A stretch of 62,666 nt of DNA, the filler included, from Vannella sp. (Eukaryota): NCBI GenBank assembly GCA_023345925.1. It is 7 parts of 7 records of this genome, joined end to end, with 100 filler letters (N's around TTAATTAATTAA, not from the genome) between each part and the next. Parts side by side here need not be neighbours in the genome. Positions count along the whole stretch, not along the records: positions 53,712 to 60,250 come from JAJQQN010001313.1; positions 60,351 to 62,666 come from JAJQQN010000832.1; 5 more parts are not named here. The stretch is one strand, 5' to 3'. The notes under the pieces were generated by a model. The model saw only the letters and a list, made by a program, of their open reading frames with translations. It was not told the origin of the DNA and did not search any database. The position numbers were made by a program, and so were the translations under genes. This document shows positions 55,850 through 62,666 of this stretch, piece after piece (the stretch's first letter is position 1; every line of letters starts with the position of its first letter).

Positions 55850-57305
55850 ATGGACACCGAGCGTGTGTGGGAAGGGTGAGTGGCTTTGATTGTCCTGTAG
55901 AGGTGAAACGAGGCGCTTATGAACGCGGGCTTGTAGCTTTGTCTTCTTGGCTGATCCAGGAACCTTTGGGTTGATCGGGCTGGCGTTCTCCTCCATCATC
56001 TTTGGCGCTTATCAGTCGCGAGCTCTTTACTTTCACTCCTCTGAGAACGGTAGTGACTCACAACCCTCACAAAGTCCAATACTTGGTATGTGGGTTGATT
56101 GGTAGCCAGCTCTTGACTCATTGAGCACAGCCAACACGTCTTCTGTGATTCGCAAGCGCACAGCCATACTTTTGCCCATCGTGGGTTCACTCTTCTTGGT
56201 GATGTTGTTCTACTTCCTTAATGAGATCTTCTACCTCCTTCTTGCCATCCTTGTGGGCTGCTCCCTCTTTTCCCTTGGCTTCAACCAGTGGTCCTTCGCC
56301 TCTTACCTTCTCGACTCGGTTCGCCTTCGCTTCCCACGTTTCCCCCGATCCATTATGTACGACCAAAGGGTAATCTAATCGTTTCACTCACTCTTTGTAG
56401 GACTCTGCGCTTCCTGGGACGAATCCCTCTTGAACTCTTCCTTGTTCTCCCTCTCCCCATCACCCTTTGCGTGCTCTACTTTGTCTATGACCACTGGGCT
56501 ATCACAGATAGTAAGTGACACAACACTGATGATCCTGGGCCCCTCACAATGGCTCTAACTGAGGGGAATAGTTTTTGCCCTCAGTATAAGCACCTTCTCG
56601 ATGTCTGTCCTCCGTGTCACCAACCTGAAAGTATCCCTGATCATGCTAAGCTTCTTCTTTGTGTATGACATGTTCTGGGTCTTTGCTTCTGGCTTGATCT
56701 TCCACAAGAATGTCATGTGAGTGCTCCACCTCACCCTTTCCTTGGCCCTTGTCCTCACTGAGGCATGTAGGGTTGTTGTAGCTACAGGCTTAGCCCACGA
56801 CTACTCTTATCGACTCCCCATGGCGATCCAGCTGCCCACGGTGTGGCATGATGGCTCCAATATGGTGGGCATGGGCGATGTCATCCTTCCAGGCTTCTTC
56901 CTATGCTTCCTCTACCGCTTTGACATGAGCGTGCAAGGCAACGCGTGGCAAGGCTACTTCTTTAACGGGTGCATTGGCTACGTTGTGGGCCTGAGCTTAG
57001 CTCTGGTCATGATGGTGTCGATGGAAGGCTTGGCACAACCTGCTCTCACCTACCTCGTGCCTTGCACCATCATACCCACCTTGGTGCTTGGCTACGCGCG
57101 CAAGGATCTCCGGAACCTCTGGGAAGGCAGCTCCGGTCGTCTCCTCTCCCTCCGGCAATCAGACAACTTCGTTGACGATGCTGTCGAGCCTGATGGACTG
57201 AGTATCCGCCTCGGCGGCCTCTCTCCCGACGAAGAAGCTGTCTTCGATGACCCTGTGGAAGAGCTCGTCCAAGAGGCAGAGGGAGACGAGATCCTAGTTG
57301 TATAA
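55850..57305 (+). CDS. Signal peptide peptidase-like aspartic protease (A22B), multi-exon
   Basis: VYDMFWVF (YD), GMGDVILPG (GxGD), QPALTYLVP (PAL). Confidence 0.9.
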
Positions 57306-57340
57306 ACATCCCTTCACTGCCATGAGCAGGTCATTCTCTC

Positions 57341-58816
57341 ATGCCCAAGCAGGTGGTCAAGTGGGACCAAGGTCGCCAGACGCTCTCTCCAGCGGACCCA
57401 GAAGACCGCGTATTCATGAGGAAGGTGGTGTTCAAGGACTTTGTGTTGTACTGCATCATGTACTTCTGCCCCCCGCTTGCGCCACTTCTTAACCGCTTGG
57501 TGGACTACCGTTTGAACTTTGCTCGTGGTCGCTGGATCGTTTTGAACTCGATTGTGAGCATAGCAGCGTTGGTAGTGTTGTTCCTCCCTCTACTCATCCC
57601 TAAGCCCTCTTACATCACGCCCTTTGAGCGTCGAGGAGCGATTCTTGCCTTTGCCCTGCGCTGTATCCTGACTGCCTGTGTGGAGGCTCTCAACATCGAG
57701 GCTGACGCTATCAAAAGCTTACGCCTGGAGCGCTACCCTATCGAGATCGTGGGAGGGAGTAGCGAGGAGCTGACCGCCCGGCACTTCTACGACTCAATCA
57801 TGGATCTCTCCACGTTCTCCACCAAGCTGACGATAGGGACACTCTTCAAGAGGAAGTTAGGGTTCTTTGCAGGTATCTTCATCAGCCTGGGGCTGGTCGT
57901 CATCCCTTGCGCTCTTCGCCACTACAAAGGGGTGAGCGTGCTTGGGGGCGGGATCACGGACGCCTTCTGCATTATCCTCACCAACCTGCTCATCGCGGGA
58001 GTGTCCTTCTTACTAATCAACGTGTTCTTCATTGGCTTTGCTCTGTACCGATCCATGCGCTCTTCCATGAGAAGACTTCGCAATGGAACCTTGGGCGCTT
58101 GGGAGACCCTTCGTGTCATAGAGAACATGTCCCGGGATGACCCCAAACCACGGAAAGGGTCACGTAGCTTGGTTCCTGAGATCAAACTCGACATTACCAA
58201 GCCCAAGAACTTGCGTGCGTGGTTGAATGTCCACGAAGCTCTCAATCGCCGTCGTACTAGCGTCGCTGCACGGTTACTGGAGATGGGTGCTACCTTAGGA
58301 ATGTTCTTCTTCCTCTTATTGATACTCTTGGTGTATCTGGAGACCACTGGAAGTGACTATGACTCGATGTCTCACAAGGAATTGATGCGGGAAGTCACTA
58401 GACTGGACAAGTCGTCCTTGTATGTCTTTACCTACTTGGTTATCACACTTGGGATGTGTATGGGTGTGTTATGCTGGGTGGGAAATGACTATAACTACTC
58501 TGCCAAGCAGTTCCAGATTCATCACATTTACAGTATTGAGTTGGAGGCCACTTTGGATTATTACACTCAGGAGGGAGATAACACCATTTCTGAAGAGACA
58601 GAGTTCTCTTCTGATGCTGAAGAGAAGAAAAGAGAGCAGCGGAGAGTTTCAGAGGCCACTGAACACTCCATTAAGCTACTTAGAAGTGTTCAGGTGCATT
58701 TGGGCCACCATGTTGGCGACCTTGGAATCTTAGGAATCTCTTACAGCAAGCTATTCTGGGGATTCTCTGGGCTTGTCAGTTCTATTATGACTCGTCAGCT
58801 ATTCCAACTCATCTGA
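57341..58816 (+). CDS. Multi-pass membrane protein of unknown function (intronless)
   Basis: 491-aa ORF with several hydrophobic segments. Confidence 0.65.
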   Translation: MPKQVVKWDQGRQTLSPADPEDRVFMRKVVFKDFVLYCIMYFCPPLAPLLNRLVDYRLNFARGRWIVLNSIVSIAALVVLFLPLLIPKPSYITPFERRGAILAFALRCILTACVEALNIEADAIKSLRLERYPIEIVGGSSEELTARHFYDSIMDLSTFSTKLTIGTLFKRKLGFFAGIFISLGLVVIPCALRHYKGVSVLGGGITDAFCIILTNLLIAGVSFLLINVFFIGFALYRSMRSSMRRLRNGTLGAWETLRVIENMSRDDPKPRKGSRSLVPEIKLDITKPKNLRAWLNVHEALNRRRTSVAARLLEMGATLGMFFFLLLILLVYLETTGSDYDSMSHKELMREVTRLDKSSLYVFTYLVITLGMCMGVLCWVGNDYNYSAKQFQIHHIYSIELEATLDYYTQEGDNTISEETEFSSDAEEKKREQRRVSEATEHSIKLLRSVQVHLGHHVGDLGILGISYSKLFWGFSGLVSSIMTRQLFQLI

Positions 58817-58950
58817 GGATCATGATAAAGTAGGATTCCAGCTGAGATAGTCAACACAAGGCCGTCCAATCCACCTAACTTGTCAGATGGCAGCGTTCTC
58901 CCTTTTAGTCGCCCTTCCGAGATTATCTATTTCATATCAATCATGTATTA

Positions 58951-60250
58951 TTACCTTGGAGGAGGAAGGGCCACCCAAGGAGAACCCTGAGTGAAGAGAT
59001 AGGCTCGTGCCAAAATGAGGTCTGCTTTTGTAAGATCCAATGTGTCGTGGAGGCTTCGTAGAAAGAAGAGGATATCGTCCGATGAGCGGGTCTTGAGAAG
59101 TTCAGCATGTTGCAAAACGATGGAGGCACAGATATTCACTAAAAGCTCCACCGATATGCCAGCCGGCTCATCAGGTCGATTCTCACTCAAAAGGGAATCC
59201 CAGAAACGCAGGACAATCTCTGTCCGGAAGGTCTTGTAAAAGGCCACGGAGATCCAGGAATGCAAGAACATAATTGAGTTGATCTGATCCCCTTTTGGTG
59301 AGAATGCGTTGGACACACGCCTAAGGAGTGACAAGGTAGATGTTGTGAGGCTTCTACTTACTCCTTGTCGCAGTAAATGGTCGGTTAGATCAGGATCTGA
59401 AGCTTGTATCAGCTCGTCGACTCTGGATAGTGTTTGTAAGACAAAGGAATGATCTTGGCGGTTGTTTGCGGAGTAGCTTCCTTGTCCCTGTGAACAGTCA
59501 GCTTTGTATTCGATGTGAGGGAGTACAGAAAGTGGCTCACTCACCTTCAGACCATCCCAAGATTGGACAAAAGACCAGTAAAAGTCCGCTTCGAGGTCCT
59601 CAAGGACCGAATCGGGTATAGAGCGTAGAAGAAGATCATGCATTCGCTGTTCCTCTGCCTCTTCGGGGGGTATCGAGTGCACTTGGATCACACTCTCCAC
59701 ATAAAGGGCCAAGAGAAGGGGAAAATGGGTGCTGAAGCTGGATGAATAGGTGCAGCTCTCTTGGAAATGGAACAGCTGAAGTGTGCGCTTAAGAATAGCA
59801 ACAAGGGCAGGGTTATGAGGGACTACATGACGGACCAAGTCACGCTCAAGGAATCGGTCGAACTCCTCGGCCATCTCGAGGACGGGGGAGGAGACTCTCT
59901 GTGTTTGTAGTTGTCGATATTCGTTCCTCTTGCGAATGAGAGTCCCTTCTCGTTCACTCTTCTGAAGGGGAAGGTATCCCTGTAATCCCCAAACGCCGCG
60001 GTTGATAAGTACAAGTGTGGGGAGGCGGGGGATGCCTTCGTACCAAGAGAATCTGGTACACTGTCCCTCTTTTACTTCTGAGGATCCCCTTCCACGCTTC
60101 TCGCCGGAGGTTCCCTGTGGAGGAGGGCAAAGGTGAGCTCCTCATTTGCTTTTGGAGAGAGAGCGTCCCTACCGAGATGGATAGTCTCCACACTAAGGAA
60201 TGCATCGAGGGACTGTGCTCTCCTCCTACAGATGCCCTGTTTGGACCAAG
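58951..60250 (-). CDS. TBC (Rab-GAP) domain protein, 5' region incomplete or spliced
   Basis: LRREAWK, LERDLVR, EADFYW, DPDLTDHL, VLRFWDSLLS. Confidence 0.7.
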
Positions 60251-60350
60251 NNNNNNNNNNNNNNNNNNNNNNNNNNNNNNNNNNNNNNNNNNNNTTAATT
60301 AATTAANNNNNNNNNNNNNNNNNNNNNNNNNNNNNNNNNNNNNNNNNNNN
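60251..60350. other. Artificial contig-join spacer
   Basis: N44-TTAATTAATTAA-N44. Confidence 0.98.
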
Positions 60351-60401
60351 GGACTCGGGCGAGATTCTGATTGGTTGGCAGTCGCTAGTGGGTGGTCGTT
60401 G

Positions 60402-62007
60402 ATGACCACTCTGGGAGGAGCTGGAACGTCTCTGGGGGCACCTCCAGGTGTGGTGGTGGTACCAGTTGTTAGTAAACCGAGTGGAGTAAGCTTGGGAGGG
60501 GCGTTGGGTGGTGGTGCGGCGGCAAACCTCAAGAAAAAGACAAAGAAGCGGAAGAAGAAGCCAGCAGGGGGTGCGGGACAGCCCAAAAGGACTCAAGCTA
60601 AAGACGAAAGCTCACCTGGCGACTACAACAGCAGCGAGGACGAGGTCGACGAGAACGACATGGACGAGGGACGGGGAGGTTATCGAAAAGGCGGCTACCA
60701 CCCAGTCAAGGAGGGCGAATGGTACAAGCACCGCTATCAAGTCAAGAAGAAGCTTGGTTGGGGTCATTTCTCCACCGTTTGGCTGGCTCAGGACTCCAAG
60801 ACAGGCGGTTATGTCGCTTTAAAGATCGTCAAAAGCGCCCCGCACTACACAGACGCTGCTTTGGACGAGGTGGAGCTCCTCAACTGGGCTGCAAAGCATG
60901 ACCCTGAAGGTGAGAAGTACGTGGTCCGCCTGCTGGACAACTTTATGCACGCAGGGCCTCATGGAAGGCATGTGGTGATGGTCTTCGAGGTGCTTGGCAA
61001 GAACATCCTCGATCTCATCGAGAAACACTACCGCGGACTGCCATTGGAGGTGGTGAAGAGCCTCTCCAAGCAAATACTCATCGCCCTTGAGTTCCTCCAT
61101 GACAAGTGCGAAATCATACACACCGACCTCAAGCCAGAGAACATCTTGCTTGTGGAGCCACCTGGTGTGGTAGAGCTTGCTGCTGCTCGCACAGAAGCTT
61201 CTCAGGAGGCTCCTGGAGCCGAGTCTGTCGATCAACAGGAGGATTCGGAAGAAGAGAGATTGCCAGTGACGACTGTGAAGATCGCTGACCTTGGCAATGC
61301 TTGCTGGGTGGACAAACACTTCACAGACGACATCCAAACCCGCCAGTATCGATCCCCTGAGGCTATTATCGGGTTCCCCTACGACGCTGCTGCGGATATT
61401 TGGTCCTTTGCGTGCATCGTCTTTGAACTAGCCACGGGAGACTTGCTCTTCAAACCAAAGACTGGTAAGTCTCTTTGCCAACTCGAAAGAAGCCAAGATG
61501 ACTTCTCACATTCGAGAAGGAGACAACCATGGGAAGAGTGACGACCATTTAGCTCTAATATTGGAGCTTTTGGGGCGTAAATCCATGCCTAAAAGGATGG
61601 TGCAGCTGGGGAAGCAGTCCAATGAGTTCTTCAATCGAAAGGGAGAATTGAGATACATCAAGAACCTCAAAATCTGGCTTTTGAAGGATCTTCTTGTGGA
61701 CAAGTACAAATTCTCGCAGTAAGCTTCGTATTGGCCTGATGGGAGGGCTCTTTTACTGATTTATCTTGACAGGGAAGATGCTATTCAACTTGATGCGTTT
61801 TTGACTCCTATGCTTCAGATTGACCCTGGGACGCGTTGCACGGCAGCCGAGGCATTACAACATGACTGGTTAAGGGATATAGATATGAATATTCCTATTC
61901 CGTTGGATACTCCTTCATCGAGCGAAGGAGAGGATGCGCAAGCTTCTGGCGAGGACGAAGAAGAAGATCAATTAGATCATGACGAGGAGGACTCTCAAGA
62001 GAGTTGA
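60402..62007 (+). CDS. SRPK: SR protein kinase (3 exons)
   Basis: YRKGGYHPV, KLGWGHFSTVW, IIHTDLKPEN, KIADLGNACW, DIQTRQYRSPE. Confidence 0.95.
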
Positions 62008-62286
62008 AAACCAACTCAGCGTGGACCATTATTGTAAGCATAAAGCGATTTTCCCCATCCCCCGCTCTCGGGCTCATTCAAGAGGAACTCAAAACTTCTT
62101 TCTCCTTCCCCTATCCAGTGCTCTCTTGAAACAGAAACCGAGAGAATTCAGTTAGTCCTCTTCTGGAAGCATTCAGCAGTGACGGGGAGTTCCTGCCTGG
62201 CAACTTGTCTATCCTCCACCGGTTTCCATGAAGCCTTTGGGCCCTTTCCCAGTAATGAGTGGCTGCAGTTTCCAACAAAAAGGAGA

Positions 62287-62556
62287 ATGGGCCATTTCAA
62301 TATGGACTTCACCCCAGAGGCAATGATCCTCTCTGCTTCTGCTGAAAAGCTGGGAGAGCGCGCCGAGGCGTCCTCCAAAGAGTTCAACGGCACCTTACGT
62401 GAGTTCAACGGCACCTTACGTGAGTTCAACGGCACCTTACGTGAGTTCAACACAACACTGCGCTATGGGATCTTCGCCTTCACCGCCCTGGGAGCGGCTT
62501 TCATCTTGAAGGGGCGTCCTGCTAAGCTAGTGCCCCGATTCAGGGGTCACAAGTGA
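62287..62556 (+). CDS. Small coiled-coil + TM protein with heptad repeat
   Basis: (EFNGTLR)x3 + EFNTTLR, then YGIFAFTALGAAFIL and a basic tail. Confidence 0.45.
   Translation: MGHFNMDFTPEAMILSASAEKLGERAEASSKEFNGTLREFNGTLREFNGTLREFNTTLRYGIFAFTALGAAFILKGRPAKLVPRFRGHK
62380..62463 (+). repeat. 21-bp tandem repeat GAGTTCAACGGCACCTTACGT (3 exact copies + 1 variant)
   Basis: Directly visible. Confidence 0.95.
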
Positions 62557-62666
62557 GACCTGCTCCTTCTGCTTTATAAAGCGCTCTTTTCATCGTGAGC
62601 TGAACAACTCTCACTGTTCATGCGGAAGTACTTCATCCTTCCATCACCACACGATGAGGAGATGGA

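Noticed and set aside
7186..60350. Six recurring TTAATTAATTAA palindromes in N runs
   Set aside because: Identical 100-bp linkers with six-frame stops; these are concatenation artefacts, not biology
62380..62463. Short direct repeats as a CRISPR array
   Set aside because: No spacers, in-frame coding repeat, eukaryotic context, no cas genes

Overview
Eukaryotic, very gene-dense sequence, most likely from an amoebozoan protist. Support for that: a CudA-like transcription factor, a CARMIL-like protein, a single-TM GPS protein and short GT-AG introns of roughly 50-75 nt. The window is not contiguous. It is seven contigs (1-7185, 7286-18262, 18363-26809, 26910-35871, 35972-53611, 53712-60250, 60351-62666) joined by artificial 100-bp N/TTAATTAATTAA spacers. 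Recognisable housekeeping genes: PMVK, MED10, MetAP2, mS34, CSN3, FAM192A, formin, MMS22L-like, ATG101, RNF113/Cwc24, DDX56, COX5B, PSMB5, an SPP-like protease and SRPK. The most unusual items are: (1) a WASP-type CRIB-polyPro-WCA protein whose N-terminus is a myristoylatable NCS/calcineurin-B-like EF-hand domain instead of WH1; (2) an intronless 1009-aa ATP-grasp + PaaK-like adenylation fusion enzyme; (3) a FYVE-CARMIL fusion with a 13-nt micro-exon; (4) a herpes-tegument-like (VTD/C76) deubiquitinase candidate head-to-head with a degenerate Ras; (5) a secreted two-domain Cu/Zn SOD; (6) a recurrent, often tandemly multiplied (T/G)CATTTCC element just upstream of start codons. All calls come from motif recognition and manual splicing. 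No database searches were run.
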